A DNA stretch of 64,000 nt from an uncultured Deinococcaceae bacterium (GTDB taxonomy: Bacteria > Deinococcota > Deinococci > Deinococcales > Deinococcaceae): assembly GCA_964252075.1 (NCBI GenBank), contig CAXULY010000021.1, forward strand, positions 24,310-88,309, written 5' to 3'. Shown one piece after another: positions 30,518 to 38,305 of the stretch. A program made the position numbers and the translations under genes. Position 1 is the stretch's first letter. Every line of letters starts with the position of its first letter. The notes under the pieces were generated by a model. That model ran no database searches. It saw nothing but the letters and a program-made list of their open reading frames with translations, and was not told the DNA's origin.

Positions 30518-31497
30518 GCCCGCGCCTCACCGACGAGCAGGTGCGCGCCCTCCAGCAGAACGCCACGCCCGGCCCGTGGCGGCGCGGCACCACGCGGACC
30601 TACGCCATCTTCTCCGAGCACCACCCGGAGCCCATGTACGCCGCCCTCGCCACGGTGCCGCACCTGAGCGCCGACCTGATACCCCTGGACGCGATTGACG
30701 TGGAGAACGCGCGCCTCATCGCCGCCGCGCCGGACCTCGCGGCGGACCTGCTGGAGGCGCGCTCCGCCACCTACCACGCGTTCGTGCAGGGCGCGAAGTG
30801 GTGGGAGTGGCACAAGACCGGCGGCACCATGTTCCAGAGCGACCAGCGTTTGGCCGAGTTCGCCGCGGAGGAACGCTACCCGTACGCGCCGCACCAGCTG
30901 GTGGCCGCCATGCAGGCCGAGCGGGACGAGGCGCGCGCGCAGCTGGAGGCGCTCACGGGCCAGGTGCAGCGGGTGGAGATGGTGGCCGCCGCACTTGAGG
31001 AACACGGGTTTCAATCGGAAGCCGCTGGCTTCATCCGCCGCGCGCTCTTGCCGAAGAGTGACCCCCTGAGCCTCGCCGCCGCCCTGGAGGTAGGTCGTCC
31101 CCCCACCGCAGCCGACGTGCCGAAGGGGCCGCATTGGACATGGCCGTGGCGTACGCGCGAGGTGGACGGCGTGACATACGTGTGCCGGGAGTTCATTGAG
31201 CGGGTTGCGGAGGAACGCGGAGTGCGGTTGAGCCTGAACATGAGTCGCAACATGCGCGTGTGCTGGCTGAACGTCATGCCCGCGTCCCAGCCGCCGGAAG
31301 AGTGGGTGTACGTGGCGCTCGAAGACGTGCGCCGCATCCTCGCGCAGGAGCGCGCAGCCTGGCAGGCGGTCGAAGGGGACGCGCTGAGCGTCAGTGCGCG
31401 CACCGTGACGGACGAGGAGCTTGAAGCCGTCTCGGAGGAAATCCACGAGGAGTACGGCGGGGTGTTCCAGCGCATCCGCGACGAGCTGGGGGACTGA
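30514..31497 (+). CDS. Hypothetical phage protein (ATPGPW...NARLIAAAPDL, Ead/Ea22-like N-terminus)
   Basis: Recognisable TPGPW / ARLIAAAP phage motif. Confidence 0.6.
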   Translation: MSPRLTDEQVRALQQNATPGPWRRGTTRTYAIFSEHHPEPMYAALATVPHLSADLIPLDAIDVENARLIAAAPDLAADLLEARSATYHAFVQGAKWWEWHKTGGTMFQSDQRLAEFAAEERYPYAPHQLVAAMQAERDEARAQLEALTGQVQRVEMVAAALEEHGFQSEAAGFIRRALLPKSDPLSLAAALEVGRPPTAADVPKGPHWTWPWRTREVDGVTYVCREFIERVAEERGVRLSLNMSRNMRVCWLNVMPASQPPEEWVYVALEDVRRILAQERAAWQAVEGDALSVSARTVTDEELEAVSEEIHEEYGGVFQRIRDELGD

Positions 31498-31500
31498 GCC

Positions 31501-31710
31501 ATGCCCGAGCGGAAGAAGCGCCCCACCGCGTTCACGCGCGCCTGGACGCAGGGCGCGGCGTGCGCGGCGGCCACCCTGATGCGCACGCACGGGGAGAGCT
31601 CCATGGCGCGCGACTTGGTGAAGGAGCTGAACCTGACCCGCGAGGAGTGCGCGCTGCACGGCGTACACGAGAACGACGTTGAGGCGCTTGCGCCGCTGTG
31701 GGAGGACTGA
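31501..31710 (+). CDS. Small hypothetical protein
   Basis: Tightly packed in operon, coding-like codon usage. Confidence 0.5.
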   Translation: MPERKKRPTAFTRAWTQGAACAAATLMRTHGESSMARDLVKELNLTREECALHGVHENDVEALAPLWED

Positions 31711-31712
31711 AG

Positions 31713-32174
31713 ATGACGTATACCGTTTACCTTGCTGGACCGATCAAAGGCTTGCTATACGACGTGGCGACTACATGGCGCGAGGAGTTCAAGCGCGCGC
31801 TTGACCCGCGCATCACGGCGCTCAGCCCGATGCGCGGCAAGGAGTACCTGCTGGGCACGCAGCCCATCGCGGACGCGTACAGCGAGCACGTGCTCAGCAC
31901 CGGCAAGGCCATCGTGTCGCGCGACTCGTTCGATGTGCGGCGCGCGGACGTGCTGGTGGTGAATCTGCTGGGGGCGGCGCAGGTCAGCATCGGCACGATG
32001 TTCGAGCTGGCGTGGGCGCACCAACAGCACACGCCCATCGTGCTGGTGATGGAGCCGGGCAACGTGCACGATCATGCGTTCGTGCGTGAGGTGGCGACGT
32101 TCCGGATGGACACGCTGGAGCAGGCGCGCGCGGTCGCGGAGCACATCCTGTTGCCGGACCACGTGGGGCAGTAG
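31713..32174 (+). CDS. Nucleoside 2-deoxyribosyltransferase-like protein
   Basis: VYLAGPI, D..VRRADVLVV and SIGTMFELAWA motifs; SD GGAGG. Confidence 0.85.
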   Translation: MTYTVYLAGPIKGLLYDVATTWREEFKRALDPRITALSPMRGKEYLLGTQPIADAYSEHVLSTGKAIVSRDSFDVRRADVLVVNLLGAAQVSIGTMFELAWAHQQHTPIVLVMEPGNVHDHAFVREVATFRMDTLEQARAVAEHILLPDHVGQ

Positions 32175-32186
32175 CGCCCCACGTCT

Positions 32187-32214
32187 ATTTTTGATAACAG
32201 CGATTATCAAAAGG
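32187..32214. other. Candidate dif/Xer-like recombination site or palindromic operator
   Basis: ATTTTTGATAA-CAGCGA-TTATCAAAAGG (11-6-11 architecture). Confidence 0.4.
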
Positions 32215-32240
32215 CCGCTGGACACCCCAGCGGCCTTTTG
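32208..32240. terminator. Bidirectional terminator
   Basis: CAAAAGGCCGCTGG...CCAGCGGCCTTTTG. Confidence 0.75.
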
Positions 32241-32274
32241 TGGGCTTAGGCTCGTCATGAAAAGGAGGACCGTC

Positions 32275-32550
32275 ATGAGGCACCGTTGGGGACCGCTCAC
32301 GCCGGAAGCCGAGCAGGCGTTCACGCTCGGACTGGACGAGGCCGCCCGTCAATGCGTCGTCTGCGGGCTGATTCGACGCTCATCGGAGGGACAGCCGCTC
32401 TATCAGGTGGTGCGGCGGGGGAAGTTGCGGCGCCTGCTCGCGCACGATGACAAGGGTGGGCTTTTCCAGCGGCTCCCCGCCTGCAGGCCTGAGCGGAAGG
32501 TGTACGAGAGTGGTCACGTGCTGCGGGAGTTCCCGCCGCCCACGCCTTAA
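32275..32550 (+). CDS. Small CxxC-containing protein (moron-like)
   Basis: SD AGGAGG; possible -10 TAGGCT; flanked by hairpins. Confidence 0.55.
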   Translation: MRHRWGPLTPEAEQAFTLGLDEAARQCVVCGLIRRSSEGQPLYQVVRRGKLRRLLAHDDKGGLFQRLPACRPERKVYESGHVLREFPPPTP

Positions 32551-32567
32551 TCGAGAAAACAAATGTT

Positions 32568-32601
32568 AAAAGGCGGGGCGCCCAACCGGGCGCCCCGCCT
32601 T
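32568..32601 (-). terminator. Terminator between convergent genes
   Basis: AAGGCGGGGCGCCC/GGGCGCCCCGCCTT with A-tract on the left. Confidence 0.7.
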
Positions 32602-32673
32602 CCTGTGTGCCCTGGACCCTCAGCGCGCCGCCGAGGCCCCTTCACGGCCTTCCTGTGCGGGGGCTCGGCGGGT

Positions 32674-33315
32674 TCACTTCAGCAGCCCGAAGATTTTGCG
32701 CGCACGCGCCGCCAGCGTGAACTTGCCTGACAGGTCAGTGTCCGCGTCCAGCGCCAGCAGCTGACCATCATTCACGTACCCCACCCGCTCGTAGCGACCA
32801 TCGGCCATCAGGTACGCCTCACCGCTGAACCCCACCTGACCTTCCTGACTGTAGCCGGACAGGTAGAGGGTGCCGCGCCCCGCCTTATCCCGCAAGGCCA
32901 CGATCAGGTGCAGGCCCATGACGGCATTTGACGCGCTGACCCCCTCACGCCTCCACGCCTCGGTCGCGGCGTTCCGCCGCACCTCACCCAACCAGTACAG
33001 GTAGTAGTGGAAGTAGCTGGGCCACACCTCGTTCGAGAGGGTGAGGCCTTCAGGGTACGCCTTGCGGTCGAAGACGGCGTTGAAGATCAGGAACCCGCCG
33101 TCCGCCTCGGCGGTGATGTTGCAGCCGCAGTCTTTGACGTAGCGCGCCTCGCGCTTGTCGGTGTAGTTGAGGTAGTTGGGGTTCACCTGCTGCACCGCCG
33201 CCGAGAGGTACGCCTTGTAGTTGCTGCCCAGACCGTTGCTGTGGAAATTCACCACGCTGCCCGCGCTGGCCGCCCCGCACAGCGCCAGGGCGAGTGCCCA
33301 TGCCTTCATGCTCAT
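32674..33315 (-). CDS. Secreted/periplasmic moron protein (213 aa)
   Basis: Leaderless TACCCT-N6-ATG; signal peptide MSMKAWALALALCGAASA. Confidence 0.75.
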   Translation of the reverse strand: MSMKAWALALALCGAASAGSVVNFHSNGLGSNYKAYLSAAVQQVNPNYLNYTDKREARYVKDCGCNITAEADGGFLIFNAVFDRKAYPEGLTLSNEVWPSYFHYYLYWLGEVRRNAATEAWRREGVSASNAVMGLHLIVALRDKAGRGTLYLSGYSQEGQVGFSGEAYLMADGRYERVGYVNDGQLLALDADTDLSGKFTLAARARKIFGLLK

Positions 33316-33393
33316 GTGCCTAGGGTAGCGGTTGCCCGGCGCGCCAAACGGCGCAATCTCGCGCCCCCCGGCGCCGTCGTCAGGATGCGCCGC

Positions 33394-34278
33394 ATGATCG
33401 CTCCTTTCCAGGCCATCCCAGCGCCGAGCGGCGGCGCCGTGAAGCTCATCCTCGGGCACGTGGGCGACCTCGCCGCGCTCATCCTCGCGACCAACGCGCC
33501 CACCCCGCCGGACTCCGTGACGCGCGCGGGCGCCCGCGTGGTGCACCAGGGCCGCGTGCGGCTGCGCGAGAACAGCAACCCGCACGCCCCGCGCTTCTAC
33601 GTGATGGACCTCAATACGGACGCCCTGCCGGACGGCGAGGTGGTGTACTACCACGCCTTCGAGCAGCTGCCGGACGGCACGCACCGCCCCGCCGTCACGG
33701 TGTCGTGCACGCCCCGCTGCCTCCGACAGGCGGTCGTGCTGCTCATGCGGGACCTCGTGAAGCCCCGGTTGCGCTACCACCTCACGCGCGGCATCCACGA
33801 GGGCGCCCTCACGGACTGGTTCCAGGGCAACCCCGTGCAGGTGTTCGAGCAGGAGGTGCGCGCGCAGGGCGTGCCGCTGCCCGCCATCTTCATCAAGGAA
33901 ACCGCGACGCCCGCGCCGGACGCCGAAACCATCGGCAAGGCGGGCGGGGAGTACCTGGAGCTGGACGGCACCGCCACGCGCGAGTACCGCCACGCCTTCA
34001 ACACGCGCGTCGACGTGCTGCTGCTGTGCGGCAACGCGGTGGACCGCGCGCAGCTCGAGCAGTACGTGGAGGGCGCGCTCCTTCAGGACCTCGATTACTA
34101 CCAGCACGGCGGCATCGAGAACCCGCAGGTGTCGCGCTTCCCGCGGCACGACCTGGATGACGGCGGCGCGGAGTACTACACGTGCGAGTTCACCCTGCAG
34201 GGCACGACGTACGCGCGCGTGGTGGAGACCCTCACGTGGGGCGTCACGGACAACCGCAGCGAGGGGCGCCACCAGTGA
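33394..34278 (+). CDS. Tail terminator/completion-type virion protein
   Basis: Late motif upstream; located before sheath gene. Confidence 0.55.
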   Translation: MIAPFQAIPAPSGGAVKLILGHVGDLAALILATNAPTPPDSVTRAGARVVHQGRVRLRENSNPHAPRFYVMDLNTDALPDGEVVYYHAFEQLPDGTHRPAVTVSCTPRCLRQAVVLLMRDLVKPRLRYHLTRGIHEGALTDWFQGNPVQVFEQEVRAQGVPLPAIFIKETATPAPDAETIGKAGGEYLELDGTATREYRHAFNTRVDVLLLCGNAVDRAQLEQYVEGALLQDLDYYQHGGIENPQVSRFPRHDLDDGGAEYYTCEFTLQGTTYARVVETLTWGVTDNRSEGRHQ

Positions 34279-34329
34279 GGGCCGCGCGACCCCCCGCGCG
34301 GGACCTCAACGTGCCGGGCGGAGGAAGCA

Positions 34330-34587
34330 ATGGCTGATGAATCGAAAGGCAAGGGGGTCGTGAGCCCCACGCCGGACACCCCGACCGCCCCGCAGAACAG
34401 CGGCCCGGCCACCCCGCCGGACGCCGCACCCACCACCGAGCCGCGCCTCGCCCTCTCGCGCTTCCTGGCGACCGAGCCGGGCGTGCGCCCCGTAACGCGC
34501 ACCATCCTCACCAAGGTCTTCGGGGACGAGAAGCACACCGCGAGCGAGTGGCGCGCGCTCGTGCAGCAGAACCGGGGGAATGAATGA
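34330..34587 (+). CDS. Small protein preceding sheath
   Basis: SD GGAGG; overlap with sheath start. Confidence 0.6.
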   Translation: MADESKGKGVVSPTPDTPTAPQNSGPATPPDAAPTTEPRLALSRFLATEPGVRPVTRTILTKVFGDEKHTASEWRALVQQNRGNE

Positions 34588-36332
34588 GCACCGGGAAATT
34601 CGCGGATTACTTCGCGGGGCGCGCCATCACGCTGCCCGGCGTGTACACCGACACGGACGCGTCCGCGCTCGTCGCGCCGTCCGGCGTGCCGCAACGCGCC
34701 ATGGTGATTGTGGACGTGGCGCGCGGCGGGAACGTCGGCCTCGCGACGCGCGTGCCCGCCGCGCAGGTCGTGCCGCTGCTGCGCGGCGGGCACGGCGCGC
34801 AGCTCGCCAGCATCGCCACGAACGAGGGCGGCCTCAAAGAGGTGTTCTTCGTGCGCGTGAACGCCGCCACCGCGGCGGCGCTCGACGTGGGTGACGGCAC
34901 CATCACGCACCGCAACCCCGGCACGGGCAGCCGCGCCACGAAGGTGGAGCGCAGCGCGAACGCCGCCCGCGCGGACGCCTGGGACGTGCGCGTGACCGAC
35001 ACGTCCGGCGCCTTCCCGCCCGAGGCGTACCTCGGCCTTGGCCCGGTGCTGGACGTCACGTACGCTGGCACGGGCAGCGCGCCCACGCTCGCCATCACGG
35101 CGGCGACCGGCACCACCACCTTCACGTTCGGCGCGACGGACGACACGGACGCCGTGGAGGTCGTGACGAGCGACCAGGCCGCGACCGCGCAGCTCCTCGC
35201 GGACTTCCTGAACGGCACGCCCAGCTGGACCGCGAAGGTCTCGGGCAACCCGGCGTTCCCACTCGCGCAGGTGCCCGCGCAGACCGTGACGTTCACGGCC
35301 AGCAAGGGCAGCGTGTCGGGCGGCTTCAACACCATCGCGGTGGCGCTGGAGAACAGCAACATCGTGGCTGGCACGCCCAAGGCGGGCGCGGCGCGCCTCA
35401 CGAGCGGCGCGGAGTACCTGACGGGCGGCTCCGACGGCAGCGCCCCCACCACGAACGACTGGATCAGCGCGCTGCGCGTGTGCGAGAACCTGCCGGTCAT
35501 CAACATCGTGATCGGCACGGGCGACCCGGCGGTCGTCGCGGCGCTCGAAAGCCACGTGCTGCGCATGAGTGAAGTCACCGCGAAGCGCGAGCGCATCGGC
35601 TGGACGGGCCCCGGCCTGCAGGTCAGCAAGGCGGCGTTCAAGTCGGCGGCCATCACGCTGGCGCTGCAGTGCGACTCGTCGCGCATGGTCGTGGCGGGCA
35701 ACGAGGTCATCACGAACGACCTGCTGACCCGCAAGCTCACGCGCTTCGACAGCACTGCGCTGGCGGCGTTCGCGGCGGCCCTGAAGACCGCCGGGCGGCC
35801 CGAGGAGCCCCTCACGCACAAGACCGTGCCGATGCAGCTGCAATACAGCTACGACCCGGACGCGGACCTCGTGGACCTCATCGAGGGCGGCGTCATGGCG
35901 GCGCACTACGACACCGAGGCGGGCCGCAACCTCATCACGCAGGGCCTCACGACGTACACGGATGACGCGAACGTCGCGTACCGCAAGATCGCCGGTCAGG
36001 ACACCATCGACTACCTGAACAAGCGCCTGCGCGTCGCGCTGGAGCCGTTCGTCGGCAAGGTGGGCGACCAGACGCTCGCGCAGCAGGTCGTCACGAAAGC
36101 GGCGGGCGTGCTGAACAGCGAGATCCGCGACACCCGCAACCCGCGCGGCGTGCTGATCGCCGGGCTGGACCCCGAAACCCGCGCGCCCGTGAAGGCGTGG
36201 GACTCGCTGGTGGCCGAAACGAACGGCTTCGACGTGCTCGGCGTGACGTTCAACGCGCGCATCGTCGGCGAGATCGCCAAGGTGTTCGTGACCACCACCC
36301 TCAAGCCCGTGACGCTCACGGCGAGCGCGTAA
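34584..36332 (+). CDS. Contractile tail sheath protein
   Basis: LPGVY N-terminus, LTGGSDG, EPLTHKT and ITQGLTT motifs; 582 aa. Confidence 0.9.
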   Translation: MSTGKFADYFAGRAITLPGVYTDTDASALVAPSGVPQRAMVIVDVARGGNVGLATRVPAAQVVPLLRGGHGAQLASIATNEGGLKEVFFVRVNAATAAALDVGDGTITHRNPGTGSRATKVERSANAARADAWDVRVTDTSGAFPPEAYLGLGPVLDVTYAGTGSAPTLAITAATGTTTFTFGATDDTDAVEVVTSDQAATAQLLADFLNGTPSWTAKVSGNPAFPLAQVPAQTVTFTASKGSVSGGFNTIAVALENSNIVAGTPKAGAARLTSGAEYLTGGSDGSAPTTNDWISALRVCENLPVINIVIGTGDPAVVAALESHVLRMSEVTAKRERIGWTGPGLQVSKAAFKSAAITLALQCDSSRMVVAGNEVITNDLLTRKLTRFDSTALAAFAAALKTAGRPEEPLTHKTVPMQLQYSYDPDADLVDLIEGGVMAAHYDTEAGRNLITQGLTTYTDDANVAYRKIAGQDTIDYLNKRLRVALEPFVGKVGDQTLAQQVVTKAAGVLNSEIRDTRNPRGVLIAGLDPETRAPVKAWDSLVAETNGFDVLGVTFNARIVGEIAKVFVTTTLKPVTLTASA

Positions 36333-36343
36333 GGAGGCCCTGA

Positions 36344-36880
36344 GTGACGGTCTACAACAACTACAACAGCGTGAAGTCCCGCCACGCGAACACCGCCAAG
36401 GTGATTATTGACGGCGAGGTGGTCGCGGAGTGCATGTCGATCAGCGTGCAGGAGTCCGGCGGCACCGACCAGACGTACACGGTCGGTGAGGCCAAGCCGC
36501 AGGAGAGCATCCACAACCGCTACAGCGCCAGCGCGCAGATTCAGCGCGTGATCTTCAAGGACGGCGCGCTCCAGAAGTACACGATGGGCGGCTCCGGCCT
36601 GCTGGACCTCCCGACGTTCACCATCCAGGCGATTGACGAGATTGACGGCGCGGTGCTGTTCACCTTGATCGGCTGCACGCTCGCGTCGCGCAGCACGAAC
36701 ATCCAGGCGAACCAGCGCATCATGAGCGACGTGCAGGTGCTCGCGCTGGACTGCCAGGACAAGGACGGGCAGGTGTCGGGCGGCAGCACCTTCGGGCAGG
36801 ACGGCGGGGCGGGCGCCGCCACCACCAACGACACCACCCCGCGCGGCGGCAGCGCCGGACTGGGCCGACCCGTTCCCTGA
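36344..36880 (+). CDS. Tail tube protein
   Basis: Directly after sheath, SD AGGAGG, beta-rich 178 aa. Confidence 0.8.
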   Translation: MTVYNNYNSVKSRHANTAKVIIDGEVVAECMSISVQESGGTDQTYTVGEAKPQESIHNRYSASAQIQRVIFKDGALQKYTMGGSGLLDLPTFTIQAIDEIDGAVLFTLIGCTLASRSTNIQANQRIMSDVQVLALDCQDKDGQVSGGSTFGQDGGAGAATTNDTTPRGGSAGLGRPVP

Positions 36881-36908
36881 TCGTCAGTTTGTCAACAAAC
36901 AAGCAAAC

Positions 36909-36935
36909 AAACCGTCGCCCCAAGCGGCGGTTTTT
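36909..36935 (+). terminator. Intrinsic terminator
   Basis: AAACCGTCGC/GCGGCGGTTT + T-tract. Confidence 0.7.
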
Positions 36936-36968
36936 CGCGCTCCCCGCGCGCCCCGCCAACATGGGGGC

Positions 36969-37382
36969 ATGGACGCCACCACCTCCGAAGTCGTCACCAT
37001 CACGCACGCGGACGCCACGCTGAGCGGCCCGGTGATCTTCCGCTACCCCACGGCCTTCGATCAGATCGCCATCGGCGCGCGCGTCAGCGACCTGCTGAAC
37101 GCCGGGCGGGACGTGCAGTTGCCGCGCGTGCACCCCGCCGACGTGATGCTCGACACGTACCGCCTCGCGCACGCCGTCGCGACGCTGGAGCACGTCATTC
37201 ACACGGCGCCGCGCGGGCTGTACGAGAGCGTGAACGGCCGCGCGGTGCTGAACGTCGGGCGGCTCGTGGACGAGGACGACGACCAGGGCGGCCTCATCAT
37301 GACGCTCTACGCAGCGTACGAGCAGTGGAGGTCGTCCTTTCGACGCGCGCGAAGCGCAGCACCTCCAGACGCTGGCGCGTGA
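36969..37382 (+). CDS. Tail assembly chaperone (G-like)
   Basis: Between tube and tape measure genes; ends ..WRSSFR.. Confidence 0.7.
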   Translation: MDATTSEVVTITHADATLSGPVIFRYPTAFDQIAIGARVSDLLNAGRDVQLPRVHPADVMLDTYRLAHAVATLEHVIHTAPRGLYESVNGRAVLNVGRLVDEDDDQGGLIMTLYAAYEQWRSSFRRARSAAPPDAGA

Positions 37383-37707
37383 CGACGCCGCGCGCTTCAT
37401 CGCCGCCGCCGCGCACCGGGTGGGCGAGAACCCCCTCGCGGCGCTCGGCGTGCCGGGCGTGTGGTCCGTCGAGCGGGCGGTGTTCCTGCACGACCTGCTG
37501 ACGCCGCGCGACCAGGGCGGCAAGACGCAGGGCGAGCTGGACGACGGCGCGCAGGCGGTGCTGGACGCGATGGACGCGCGCGACTCGTGGACGCAGGCGA
37601 CCCGCACCGGGTACCGTGGGCCGCGCGGGCGCGTGCCCACGAAGGTACGCCAAATGGCGCATACGCCAGTCCCTCGACGCATCAACATCCAGTGGAATCG
37701 CGTTTGA
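37339..37707 (+). CDS. Tail assembly chaperone extension (T-like), probably reached by +1 frameshift
   Basis: +1 frame open from TTC 37339 to TGA 37707; no evident SD of its own. Confidence 0.6.
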   Translation, partial: FDAREAQHLQTLARDDAARFIAAAAHRVGENPLAALGVPGVWSVERAVFLHDLLTPRDQGGKTQGELDDGAQAVLDAMDARDSWTQATRTGYRGPRGRVPTKVRQMAHTPVPRRINIQWNRV

Positions 37708-37917
37708 GTTTTATTAGCAGGAATAAACCATGCGATGAATTCAGACCTCCGCTCAATGCTTCAAAAAGGCCTTTTTCCCGTGGTTGTCATAACAAACAGG
37801 GAAAAGGGTCGTATTTACTTGCTACTCATCCGGCTCATAGGCTCTGCTCAATTTGCACATCATCATTGACACTGTTGCAGACGAGCAATTTAGCCTAATG
37901 AAGCCGCCCCAAGTTCA

Positions 37918-37946
37918 TTGACATTGGCGCGCTAACACATTACGAT
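37918..37946 (+). promoter_or_regulatory. Near-consensus sigma70 promoter
   Basis: TTGACA-N17-TACGAT. Confidence 0.7.
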
Positions 37947-38057
37947 GAAGGAGCCTGAGAGGGCGGGAAGCTTGACAGTCAGGACACCAGGGGCACCAAA
38001 GGCAAAAGGATTGCAGGTGCCTCTTGCCGGAGGCACCTGCGGAAAGGCAAGGTGACT

Positions 38058-38192
38058 ATGCGTCTAAACCAACGCAAGTCTACCAAAGCCACGCGCAGGC
38101 CTCAAGTCCCCGACTTTGAGGCAAAGGTTCAGCTGTTGAACCTGCTCGTGAATTTGGCGCGACTCGTCATCGAGTTGATCCAGCACTGGTAA
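38058..38192 (+). CDS. 44-aa peptide MRLNQRKSTKATRRPQVPDFEAKVQLLNLLVNLARLVIELIQHW
   Basis: Own promoter, purine-rich SD (AAGGTGA), downstream terminator; below ORF-track cutoff. Confidence 0.55.
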   Translation: MRLNQRKSTKATRRPQVPDFEAKVQLLNLLVNLARLVIELIQHW

Positions 38193-38235
38193 ATTGCCTC
38201 CTCGCGTGACCTGACCACCGCCCGCCCGCAACGGC

Positions 38236-38260
38236 AACGCCCCCGCAAGGGGGCGTTTTT
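38236..38260 (+). terminator. Intrinsic terminator
   Basis: AACGCCCCC-GCAA-GGGGGCGTT + TTT. Confidence 0.85.
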
Positions 38261-38305
38261 CATTGGTCCCCACCCGCCCCCCGAGCGTGCGCCCAGCATG
38301 ACGGC

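Noticed and set aside
37735..37869. 44-codon plus-strand ORF in the AT-rich gap
   Set aside because: No convincing SD or leaderless -10 and atypical codons; treated as non-coding
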